NCBI GenBank assembly: GCA_964573185.1
Contig: CAZNIQ010000008.1
Location: forward strand, 1 to 12,959
Direction: 5' to 3'
Length of the DNA stretch: 12,959 nucleotides
Source: Candidatus Woesearchaeota archaeon
GTDB lineage: Archaea; Nanobdellota; Nanobdellia; Nanobdellales; CAZNIQ01
A program made the position numbers and the translations under genes. The notes beneath the pieces are model-generated. The model worked only from the letters and a program-made list of their open reading frames with translations. It was not told where the DNA came from and made no database searches. Positions 1 through 6,977 of the stretch are shown piece by piece. The number at the start of each line of letters is the position of its first letter. Position 1 is the first letter of the stretch.

Positions 1-137
1 TTTGGAAGCCAGAAGGTAAAATTAAAGGTATAGGAGAAAAGTACTTAGAAGAAGTAAAAGAAAACGAGGTAGTACATTTTATAAGATATGGATTTCTGAA
101 GAAAGAAAAAGATTACTTTATCTATATGCACAAATAG
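1..137 (+). CDS. gltX: 3' end of a CDS truncated by the window edge; probable archaeal-type glutamyl-tRNA synthetase C-terminus
   Basis: Reading from nt 3 gives WKPEGKIKGIGEKYLEEVKENEVVHFIRYGFLKKEKDYFIYMHK*, with TAG at 135-137. The v-x-F-x-R-x-G-F motif close to the C-terminus is what I remember from GluRS/GlnRS-type class I synthetases. Only 44 aa are visible, so the family call is tentative. Confidence 0.45.
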   Translation, partial: WKPEGKIKGIGEKYLEEVKENEVVHFIRYGFLKKEKDYFIYMHK

Positions 138-293
138 TTATTTTTGTTTTTTCATTAACTCTTTCATAATTTTTTCTAAGCTTCCAAACTGTTCCATCAT
201 TTTTTTAGCTCTGTATATCAAATAAACATAGAATATAATAAATCCTACAAATATTCCTAAGAGGAAACCTATTAAGAAGCTAAGAAGATTCAT
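138..293 (-). CDS. Hypothetical small membrane protein (51 aa, one N-terminal TM helix, basic tail); not in the ORF track
   Basis: Hand translation from ATG (293-291) to TAA (140-138): MNLLSFLIGFLLGIFVGFIIFYVYLIYRAKKMMEQFGSLEKIMKELMKKQK*. It exactly fills the gap between the gltX stop (137) and the L11 stop. It overlaps the L11 3' end by 14 nt, which suggests co-transcription. A 51-codon open frame is unlikely by chance in DNA this AT-rich. Confidence 0.4.
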   Translation of the reverse strand: MNLLSFLIGFLLGIFVGFIIFYVYLIYRAKKMMEQFGSLEKIMKELMKKQK

Positions 294-777
294 ATTTCTT
301 TATTAAATCGTCCCATTTGCCTTCTTCAACCTCCTTTAGTATTTCTTTTGGATCTTTATTTTCAACTTTTATCCCACATGCTCTTGCAGTTCCTAATACA
401 GACTTTACTGCCGCTTTTAAAGAGATAGTATTCATATCTTTTAGTTTCATTTTAGCAATCTTCACAACAGCCTCCATTGAAACGTTTCCGACCCACTCAT
501 GAACAGCTCTATGAGCGCCCAAAGTTATTCCAGCTTCTTTAAATAATAATTGAGAAGTTGGGGGCGTTCCTACTTCAATAGTATATTCTTTTGTTTCAAC
601 ATCTACAATTATCTTAACTGGAACCAATAATCCTTTGAAATCTTTTGTTTTTTGATTTATTTCTTGAACAACCTTTCCGACAGGTAATCTTAATTGAGAT
701 AATCTTGGTCCTAAAGGTGGTGTGGGCTTAGCATTCCCCCCTTCAACCATTACTTCTATAACTTCCTTCTTACCCAT
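280..777 (-). CDS. rpl11: 50S ribosomal protein L11 (uL11)
   Basis: 165 aa. The N-terminal GGNAKPTPPLGPRLSQL region matches the uL11 signature (PPLGP-type motif). Length and the secE-nusG neighbourhood are typical. Confidence 0.95.
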   Translation of the reverse strand: MGKKEVIEVMVEGGNAKPTPPLGPRLSQLRLPVGKVVQEINQKTKDFKGLLVPVKIIVDVETKEYTIEVGTPPTSQLLFKEAGITLGAHRAVHEWVGNVSMEAVVKIAKMKLKDMNTISLKAAVKSVLGTARACGIKVENKDPKEILKEVEEGKWDDLIKKYESS

Positions 778-787
778 TCGACATACC

Positions 788-806
788 TTTATAAAAATTT
801 AATAAA
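788..806. promoter_or_regulatory. Back-to-back TATA-like elements in the 39-bp divergent L11 / secE spacer
   Basis: TTTATAAA (788-795, + strand) is centred 25.5 nt before the secE ATG (817). TTTATTAA (reverse complement of 799-806) is centred 25.5 nt before the L11 ATG (777). Confidence 0.5.
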
Positions 807-816
807 GTTTTTGAGA

Positions 817-990
817 ATGGATGTAAAAGAATTTATAAAAGAAGTTAAAGATCTTTGGAAACTCTTAAGGAAACCTGATAAAGAAGAGATCAAAAGAACC
901 ATTATAGTAACTTTAGTATTTCTGGTAAGTATAGGATTTGTTGGTTGGTTGATACAAGAAATAATAAATTACATTTTAGCTTTATACTAA
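817..990 (+). CDS. secE: Protein translocase subunit SecE / Sec61-gamma (57 aa); not in the ORF track
   Basis: Hand translation: MDVKEFIKEVKDLWKLLRKPDKEEIKRTIIVTLVFLVSIGFVGWLIQEIINYILALY*. It has a charged N-terminus with a K-P-D/T-x-x-E motif followed by a single C-terminal TM helix. It ends 1 nt before the nusG ATG, the universal secE-nusG linkage. Confidence 0.75.
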   Translation: MDVKEFIKEVKDLWKLLRKPDKEEIKRTIIVTLVFLVSIGFVGWLIQEIINYILALY

Positions 991-991
991 A

Positions 992-1507
992 ATGCCGTTC
1001 TTTGTTGTAAGAACTGTTGGAGGAAGAGAAGATTTAGTAGCAGAATTTTTGGCTGAAGAAGCTAAAAGGAGGAAAGCAAAAATATATGCAGTTTTAGTCC
1101 CACCCGGAATAAAAGGTTATATCTTTGTTGAAGCAGATAATATATACGAAGTTCAAAGAGCTGTATATGGAATACCACATGCTAAAGGGGTGTTACCAAA
1201 AGAAGTTCCTTTTGAAGAGATAGAGAAATATCTAGTACCTGAAAAGAAAAAGATCGAAATTCACAGAGGTGATATTGTTGAAATAATTGCTGGCCCATTC
1301 AAAGGATATAAGGGAAGAGTTATACGTGTGGATGAACAGAAAGAAGAAGTTACAGTTGAATTAATGGAATCGATGATACCTATACCAGTAACAGTTAAGA
1401 TAGAAGATGTAAAAGTTGTTAAGAAAGAAGCAGAAGTTGCTAAAGAATTAGAAGAGAAAACTAAGAGGCTAGAGAAAGAGGTTGAGGAAGAATGGCTAAA
1501 GTTCTAA
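992..1507 (+). CDS. nusG: Transcription elongation factor Spt5 / NusG
   Basis: NGN domain (FVVRTVGGRE...KGYIFVEA) plus KOW motif (GDIVEIIAGPFKGYKGRV). Sits directly after secE. Carries a K/E-rich C-terminal tail of about 27 aa beyond the KOW domain. Confidence 0.93.
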   Translation: MPFFVVRTVGGREDLVAEFLAEEAKRRKAKIYAVLVPPGIKGYIFVEADNIYEVQRAVYGIPHAKGVLPKEVPFEEIEKYLVPEKKKIEIHRGDIVEIIAGPFKGYKGRVIRVDEQKEEVTVELMESMIPIPVTVKIEDVKVVKKEAEVAKELEEKTKRLEKEVEEEWLKF

Positions 1508-2553
1508 ATTATTTCAATACCTAACTCCTCTTCCAATTCCTTTTTCTTCTCTGGCGTTAATTTTTCTTCTCCTTTTACTTTTCTAACTATAGGAGGTATT
1601 TTTCTTAACCTAGTTACTATAATAAATACTCTTATTGTATTTCCCATTTCAGGATCTATTGCTGCTCCCCAAATTATATTTGCATCAGGAGCTAACTTTT
1701 CTTTTACCTTTTCCAAAATTCTTCCCAACTCTTCCATTTTTAAGTTCTCCCCACCTGTAATTCTTACTAAAGCAGCACCCGCACCTGAAATATCTAAGTC
1801 TAATAAAGGATTATTCAACGCTCTTTCCACAGCTTCCTCCGCTCTATTCTCTGAATCGGACTCTCCTACTCCAATCATACCATAACCTGCTTGTGACACT
1901 ATTGTTCTAACGTCTGCAAAATCAACATTCACTAATCCTGGTTTTGTCACTAACTCTACCATTTCTTTTATTGCAGAAGCTAAAACTTCATCTGCTACTT
2001 TAAAAGCCTGATTTAAGGGTAAGCTAGGGACTAATTCTAATAACTTATCATTCGGAATTACAACAAATAAATCAACCAAATCTTCAAGTTTCTCCAAACC
2101 ATATCTGGCATTATCCCATATTTTCTTCCCTTCAATTGAAAATGGAATAGTACATACCGCTACGGTTAAAGCACCTGCTTTTTTAGCTAATTCAGCAACA
2201 ACAGGAGCAGAACCAGTACCAGTACCACCTCCTAATCCACAGGTAATAAAAACTAAGTCTGCATCTTGAACAACTTGTTTTAATTCATTTTCAGATTCCC
2301 TTGCAGCTTCCTCACCTTTCTTAGGATCTTTTCCAGCACCAAGACCTCTACAAGTCTCTTTTCCAATGAGTATTTTCTTATGTGCTTTTACGGTAGCAAG
2401 ATGTCTAGCATCTGTATTTATCGCTATAAGTTCAACACCTTCTGGAACGCCCATTTCAAAAAGTCTATTTATAGTATTTGAGCCCGCGCCACCACAACCT
2501 ATAACTTTTATTCTTTTGGCTAATTGTTTTAATATCTCTTCTAGCTCTCCCAT
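1504..2553 (-). CDS. ftsZ: Cell division GTPase FtsZ
   Basis: GCGGAGSNT and the tubulin signature GLGGGTGTGSAPV are present. The track ORF begins at a TTG (2565). The first ATG (MGELEE, 2553) sits 28.5 nt from the TATA-like TTTAAATA (reverse complement of 2578-2585), whereas the TTG is only about 16 nt away. I therefore prefer 2553. Confidence 0.96.
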   Translation of the reverse strand: MGELEEILKQLAKRIKVIGCGGAGSNTINRLFEMGVPEGVELIAINTDARHLATVKAHKKILIGKETCRGLGAGKDPKKGEEAARESENELKQVVQDADLVFITCGLGGGTGTGSAPVVAELAKKAGALTVAVCTIPFSIEGKKIWDNARYGLEKLEDLVDLFVVIPNDKLLELVPSLPLNQAFKVADEVLASAIKEMVELVTKPGLVNVDFADVRTIVSQAGYGMIGVGESDSENRAEEAVERALNNPLLDLDISGAGAALVRITGGENLKMEELGRILEKVKEKLAPDANIIWGAAIDPEMGNTIRVFIIVTRLRKIPPIVRKVKGEEKLTPEKKKELEEELGIEII

Positions 2554-2576
2554 CTTGTTAATCAACGTTATTAAAC

Positions 2577-2590
2577 ATATTTAAATTTAA
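2577..2590. promoter_or_regulatory. Shared, partly palindromic TATA region for divergent ftsZ and FKBP genes
   Basis: ATATTTAAATTTAA contains the palindrome ATTTAAAT (2579-2586). It lies 24.5 nt from the FKBP ATG (2607) and about 28-29 nt from the ftsZ ATG (2553). Confidence 0.45.
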
Positions 2591-2606
2591 TGTTAAGGTT
2601 AAGGAA

Positions 2607-3203
2607 ATGATTAAAGAGGGGGATTTTGTTGAAATAGAGTACGAAGGGATAGTGAAGGAAACTGGAGAAGTTTTCGAAAGAAGTGGAAAACCTGTAATTA
2701 TACCTGTTGGAAAGGGATATTTGCCAAGCTTCTTAGATAAAAAATTAATAAATTTAGAGGAAGGTAAAGAATATGTTTTTGAATTCGAGCCTAAAGAAGC
2801 GTTTGGAGAAAGAGATCCAAATCTAATAAAAATAATTCCGGTGAAGGAATTCTTGAAAAGAGGAATAAATCCGGTACCTGGATTGATTGTAAATGTAAAC
2901 GGGATTTTAGGAACAGTTCTTTCTGTTACATCTGGAAGAGTGATAGTTGATTTTAATCATCCTTTAGCAGGAAAACACATAATTTATAAAATAAAAGTTA
3001 AAAGGAAAGTTACTGATTTGAAAGAGAAAATAGCAGGTCTCTTAGAATATATTTTTAACATTGATATGAAAGATAAGGTTGAGATTAAAGATAAGACATT
3101 AATTTTAAAGATAAAAGATATAGTAAGGAACGTAGAGCCCCTAGAGAGATTGCTTAAGGAGGTAATACCAGAGATAAAAGATTTTAAAATCGAACTACAA
3201 TAA
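2607..3203 (+). CDS. FKBP-type peptidyl-prolyl cis-trans isomerase (SlyD-like, with insert-in-flap and a helical C-terminal extension)
   Basis: VEIEYEG...GEVFE at the N-terminus, EAFGERDP, and the highly conserved DFNHPLAGK motif of SlyD/archaeal FKBPs. Confidence 0.9.
   Translation: MIKEGDFVEIEYEGIVKETGEVFERSGKPVIIPVGKGYLPSFLDKKLINLEEGKEYVFEFEPKEAFGERDPNLIKIIPVKEFLKRGINPVPGLIVNVNGILGTVLSVTSGRVIVDFNHPLAGKHIIYKIKVKRKVTDLKEKIAGLLEYIFNIDMKDKVEIKDKTLILKIKDIVRNVEPLERLLKEVIPEIKDFKIELQ
3182..3189 (+). promoter_or_regulatory. TATA-like box for tRNA-Ile, embedded in the last codons of the FKBP gene
   Basis: TTTTAAAA is centred 26.5 nt upstream of tRNA position +1 (3212). Only 8 nt separate the FKBP stop from the tRNA. 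Confidence 0.5.
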
Positions 3204-3211
3204 TTTTTAAC

Positions 3212-3286
3212 GGGCCCGTAGCTCAGCCTGGTTAGAGCGCCCGGCTGATAACCGGGAGGTCCCGGGTTCAAATCCCGGCGGGCCCA
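3212..3286 (+). tRNA. tRNA-Ile (anticodon GAU), no intron, no encoded CCA
   Basis: Hand-folded cloverleaf. Acceptor GGGCCCG/CGGGCCC, D stem GCTC/GAGC, anticodon stem CCCGG/CCGGG with loop CTGATAA (GAT at 3247-3249). Variable loop AGGTC, T arm CCGGG-TTCAAAT-CCCGG, discriminator A. 52 of 75 nt are G+C. Confidence 0.95.
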
Positions 3287-3490
3287 TTATTCTTCTAACC
3301 AGAAAATATCTTCAACTTTTACTCCAAAGAACTTTGCTATTTTTAATGCAAGTTCTAAAGAGGGACAATATTTTCCATTTTCAATAGCACTTATTGTTTG
3401 TCTGGAAACTCCTAAAGCTTTTGCTAGCTGTTCTTGCGTTAAACCGTATTTCAATCTAAATTCTCTTAATTTATTTTTTACTTTAGCCAC
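3287..3490 (-). CDS. XRE/Cro-C1-type helix-turn-helix transcriptional regulator (67 aa)
   Basis: LTQEQLAKALGVSRQTISAIENGKYCPSLELALKIAKFFG is a textbook HTH_3 sequence of the short y4mF-like type. The start codon is GTG (3490). It overlaps the upstream membrane-protein gene by 13 nt. Its stop codon abuts the tRNA 3' end. Confidence 0.9.
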   Translation of the reverse strand: MAKVKNKLREFRLKYGLTQEQLAKALGVSRQTISAIENGKYCPSLELALKIAKFFGVKVEDIFWLEE

Positions 3491-3867
3491 AGTAAAACCC
3501 TATGAATTACAAAATGCGCTATTAGAAGTATAAAGAAAGCTGTTGAAAATCCTAAATAAAACTCCACACTAATTCTTCCAATATCATTTAAGACCCATAA
3601 AATGAAGAACACAAATAGTAAAACTATAAAGCTATATCTAAAAGCTTCTAAATAGTATTTATATTCTCTCTCATCAATTACATATCCTAATTCTTTCTTC
3701 TTCAAATATTCATATATCTTCATTGAAGTGATAATCAAGATTACAAAATATAATACCCTTAGATTTGTTTCTTTTATTAATAATCCACCTAAAACTGCTA
3801 AAATTCCTGCCATTAATGGGATTATCTTGTAAAGTTCACTTGACACCATGTAAAATACATTTAACAT
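3478..3867 (-). CDS. Hypothetical integral membrane protein (about 4 TM helices) paired with the HTH regulator
   Basis: Hydrophobic segments: IIPLMAGILAVLGGLLI, VLYFVILIITSM, FIVLLFVFFILWVL and FSTAFFILLIAHFVI. An alternative start at Met7 (3849) lies 26.5 nt from the TATA centre and may be the real start. Confidence 0.7.
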   Translation of the reverse strand: MLNVFYMVSSELYKIIPLMAGILAVLGGLLIKETNLRVLYFVILIITSMKIYEYLKKKELGYVIDEREYKYYLEAFRYSFIVLLFVFFILWVLNDIGRISVEFYLGFSTAFFILLIAHFVIHRVLLWLK

Positions 3868-3884
3868 AAAATTTTTAAATTTTT
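3868..3884. promoter_or_regulatory. Bidirectional TATA element between the membrane-protein/HTH operon and vapBC
   Basis: AAAATTTTTAAATTTT. The octamer 3872-3879 is centred exactly 26.5 nt from the Met codons at 3849 (- strand) and 3902 (+ strand). Confidence 0.5.
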
Positions 3885-3886
3885 CT

Positions 3887-4135
3887 ATGTATTACAGTTG
3901 TATGACATCGATAGTAATTTCGGTGAGAATTCCTAAAGAAGTAAAGGAGTACTTAGAAAGGAATAATGTAAAAATTAGTAAAATTGTAAAAAAATTTCTC
4001 ATTTCTTATTATAAAATGTTAAAGAAGAAGGAATTAAGGAATAAAATAATAAATGAAATTAGAAAGTCTTTAGAAAAAGAAGAAGAAGAAAGAAAATTTT
4101 TGAATTTAATAAGAGATGATAGAGATACAAGGTAA
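3887..4135 (+). CDS. vapB: Putative VapB-type antitoxin (ribbon-helix-helix-like)
   Basis: Small protein. It has a beta-strand-like IVISVRIPKEV followed by two short helices, then a charged tail. It overlaps the downstream PIN gene by 20 nt. Met6 (3902) is a plausible true start. Confidence 0.6.
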   Translation: MYYSCMTSIVISVRIPKEVKEYLERNNVKISKIVKKFLISYYKMLKKKELRNKIINEIRKSLEKEEEERKFLNLIRDDRDTR

Positions 4136-4538
4136 GAAACTAGTAATTGATTCTTCTGCAGCTATCAGTTATATTTTGAAAGAAAAAGGATGGAAGGACA
4201 TAGAAAAAGTTTTATTAGAATATGATTTCTTATTTTCTACAAAATTATTAATTAAGGAAAGTTTAAATGCTATTTGGAAAAGGAAATATTTGATAAAAGA
4301 TTTAGAAAATGATAAAGAGGTCATAAGAAGATTGTTTCTCTTAATAAAAATAATAAATTTTTATAAGCAAAGTAAACTTTATAAGAAAGCATATAAAATT
4401 TCTTCTAAATATAATATAACAATTTATGATTCTTTATTTTTAGCTTTAGCTTTGAAAATAAGAGGAGATTTGCTTACGAGAGATAAGAAACAAGCAGAAG
4501 TTGGTAAAAAATTAGGAATAGAAGTTATAGTTATGTAA
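4116..4538 (+). CDS. vapC: PIN-domain ribonuclease toxin VapC
   Basis: The four PIN acidic positions are visible at typical spacing: LVIDSSA, LIKESLNA, IYDSLFLALA and LLTRDKK. Coupled to an upstream small antitoxin-like gene. Confidence 0.8.
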   Translation: MIEIQGKKLVIDSSAAISYILKEKGWKDIEKVLLEYDFLFSTKLLIKESLNAIWKRKYLIKDLENDKEVIRRLFLLIKIINFYKQSKLYKKAYKISSKYNITIYDSLFLALALKIRGDLLTRDKKQAEVGKKLGIEVIVM

Positions 4539-6354
4539 CAACGACCTTTATATTTCTTCCCTCTTTAAGAGCCCTTAGCAATTCTTGTGCTATACTAATT
4601 CTTTTAGATAACCTTATTCTTCCCTTTTTACCAACCGTTGCCGTGAACAATAATCTATCGTCCACATAAATGTTTACAGTTCTTCCCTCCAATTCCTCTG
4701 GAACTCTTATTATTATTACATTCTTCGTTTCCTCTATTTCGAACTCTACTTCTCCAGTATATTCTTCTTCAAAGGTTTTGACAGTGATTTTTACTCCAAA
4801 AGCTCTTTCAAGTGCTTCAATAGTTTTACCTCTTTTTCCTATTAATCTTGGTCTTAGCTCTTCCGGTACCCAAACAATAATTCTATTTGGACCCGCAACC
4901 TCCACTTTTACTTTTCTTGTACCTAAGAACTTCCTAAACTTTTCAACAAGCAATTTTTCCAAGAGAGACAACACAGGTGTTTTGCTAACTTTTACTTCTT
5001 TTACAGGAACAACCATCGTTTCTTCACCAAATACATAGATTTCATATTCCAATTCCCCTGTCTCAAAATCTCTTACTTCTACTACGGGTCTAGCCAAATC
5101 TTCTGCGGTCATACCTGTAGGAACTTTTACTACTAACTTCAATTCATATACTTTTTCAACTCCTCCTTTTCTAATAAATATTATCGTATCTACAACCTGA
5201 GGGATCATACCAACGTCTATTCTTCCTATAAACCTTTGAATAGCTTCTATAGGTTCTGTTGCATGTACTACTCCAATCATTCCTACTCCCGCTAATCTTA
5301 AATCAACATATAATTTGAAATCAGGGGTATCTCTCATTTCATCGAATACTACATAATCCGGTCTTGCCAGTAATAAGATATCATGAATTTCTTGGGAAGT
5401 TGCAAAGTTCTTAGAATACTGTGTTATAATATCTTCTACTTGTAAGTCTCTTGGAGATTCGACAGTCTTAACAATCTTTCCTTTGGAAGCATACCACTCT
5501 GCTAAAGCTTGTGCAAAAGTTGTTTTTCCATGTCCTGGAGCACCAGCAATTAAAATACCTTCTGCTTTTTCTTCTAATCTCTTTAGTAGCTTTTCGCTTA
5601 AATTGTAATCTTCTAACTTTAATTTCTTCAATGGTCTAACAATAGTTATTTCCCAGCCATCTGAAACTGGGGGCTTTACAATTACAATTCTATATTTTCC
5701 TAATTGAACGATAATGCTCCCCGGTCTTTCTATTTCTATAAAGCCATCTGGTCTTATTTTTGCAGCTTCCAAAATCTCTAATGCTAAATTCTCTATTTGC
5801 TTAGCATCTAATTTAACATCAAGAAATTCTAAATACCATTCACCCGGCTTACCCTTTTTTCTCATAATCGGAACGTTTTCTTTAATATGTAAAGAAGCTG
5901 TATTTTCATCAAACCACTGCTCAAAAGTAAGTTTATCCATTAAAGGTGCTTTCTCAATATAATAAACTTTACAGCCATATGCTTCAGCAGCTAAAGCTTG
6001 AACTTTATCAGAAGTTATTAAAACGGCATCTTCCTCTAAAGCAAGATCACGAATCATAGAATCGATTCTACCAGATTTTGCTAGTTTGATTTCTTCTAAA
6101 GTAGGAAGTCTACCAGCAAATCTTATTTTAAATCCTTTTTCTTTGGCTAATTTTTGTAATCTCTTTACCTCTTCTAATCCTATAAAACCCGTTTCTCTTC
6201 CTTTTGCCGCTTGCTGTATTAACTCATCCATTGAAGCGTTATGAATTATTATTTCATTTACTTCGAGTTCTCCAGATTCGATCATTTTAGAAAGTACTCC
6301 ATCTATAAGCACAGACGTATCTGGTACTACTTTATCTATTTTTAACTTTGCCAT
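4531..6354 (-). CDS. Conserved archaeal PIN-domain / PilT-like ATPase / KH-domain protein (COG1855-type)
   Basis: N-terminal PIN (VVPDTSVLIDG ... ITSDKV). Walker A GAPGHGKTT, Walker B VVFDEMRD and a GVVHAT box. C-terminal KH GXXG motif (IGKRGKTIEALERAFGVKI). Confidence 0.85.
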   Translation of the reverse strand: MAKLKIDKVVPDTSVLIDGVLSKMIESGELEVNEIIIHNASMDELIQQAAKGRETGFIGLEEVKRLQKLAKEKGFKIRFAGRLPTLEEIKLAKSGRIDSMIRDLALEEDAVLITSDKVQALAAEAYGCKVYYIEKAPLMDKLTFEQWFDENTASLHIKENVPIMRKKGKPGEWYLEFLDVKLDAKQIENLALEILEAAKIRPDGFIEIERPGSIIVQLGKYRIVIVKPPVSDGWEITIVRPLKKLKLEDYNLSEKLLKRLEEKAEGILIAGAPGHGKTTFAQALAEWYASKGKIVKTVESPRDLQVEDIITQYSKNFATSQEIHDILLLARPDYVVFDEMRDTPDFKLYVDLRLAGVGMIGVVHATEPIEAIQRFIGRIDVGMIPQVVDTIIFIRKGGVEKVYELKLVVKVPTGMTAEDLARPVVEVRDFETGELEYEIYVFGEETMVVPVKEVKVSKTPVLSLLEKLLVEKFRKFLGTRKVKVEVAGPNRIIVWVPEELRPRLIGKRGKTIEALERAFGVKITVKTFEEEYTGEVEFEIEETKNVIIIRVPEELEGRTVNIYVDDRLLFTATVGKKGRIRLSKRISIAQELLRALKEGRNIKVVVT

Positions 6355-6359
6355 AAGAA

Positions 6360-6977
6360 CTACTTCTCTTTTGGTTTTAAAACAACTTCTACCACCTTTC
6401 CCTTAGGTTCTACTTCCTCAAAAATCTGGCCTTGGAATTTGTAAATTTTAATCCCTTTCCATGTCCAGCAGTCCGGTGGTAATCCCGCTTTCAAACAAGT
6501 ATAAGATAAAAACTCCACAACATCCCATCCTTCTTCTACCGGAACCTGGGGTAATAATAAACCGGAATATGGGCCATATTGAATTATTAATCCATCTTTA
6601 CCGATTTTAATTTTTTCTAACAATTCTGAAGGATCCTTATATTTTATTTCCTGAGGTGGTGTTAAAACTGTTACTTCAAATATCACTTTATTTATTTCAT
6701 CTTTTCTTAAAGGAGGGAATCTCGGATCTTCAAAAGCAGCAGCTTTAGCAGAATCTATTAAAGCTTTCCATAAAGGAAAAATAGGATAAGGATAACCGAT
6801 ACAGCCTCTTAATTCTTTCTCAGGAAAAGTTTTTATAGTAACAAAAACGCCTCTTTTTTCAGAATATTTCTTCTTAAATTCTTCCGAAGGCTGAAATTCT
6901 TTTCCTTCTAAAGCTAATTCAACAACCTTTCTTGCTGTTTTTACTAATTCTTCCCCTTCTTTAAGACTTAAATTCAT
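6360..6977 (-). CDS. AMMECR1-domain protein
   Basis: The LRGCIGYP signature and DPRFPP motif are typical of AMMECR1. Length is 205 aa. Its start overlaps the rpoL 3' end by 17 nt. Confidence 0.9.
   Translation of the reverse strand: MNLSLKEGEELVKTARKVVELALEGKEFQPSEEFKKKYSEKRGVFVTIKTFPEKELRGCIGYPYPIFPLWKALIDSAKAAAFEDPRFPPLRKDEINKVIFEVTVLTPPQEIKYKDPSELLEKIKIGKDGLIIQYGPYSGLLLPQVPVEEGWDVVEFLSYTCLKAGLPPDCWTWKGIKIYKFQGQIFEEVEPKGKVVEVVLKPKEK

Noticed and set aside
2554-2565. TTG start giving FtsZ four extra N-terminal residues (MINK)
   Set aside because: The TTG lies only about 16 nt from the only TATA-like element. ATG 2553 is better spaced and yields a typical FtsZ N-terminus.
2984-3271. 95-aa - strand ORF spanning the FKBP 3' end and most of the tRNA
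   Set aside because: It is antisense to a well-supported FKBP gene and runs through the tRNA-Ile gene. Its GPPGYQPGAL N-terminus is simply the reverse complement of the GC-rich tRNA stems.
3212-4538. Integrated mobile element inserted at tRNA-Ile
   Set aside because: I see no integrase or recombinase gene, and no direct repeat of the tRNA 3' segment (GGTTCAAATCCCGGCGGGCCCA) downstream. I kept this region only as an accessory-islet observation.
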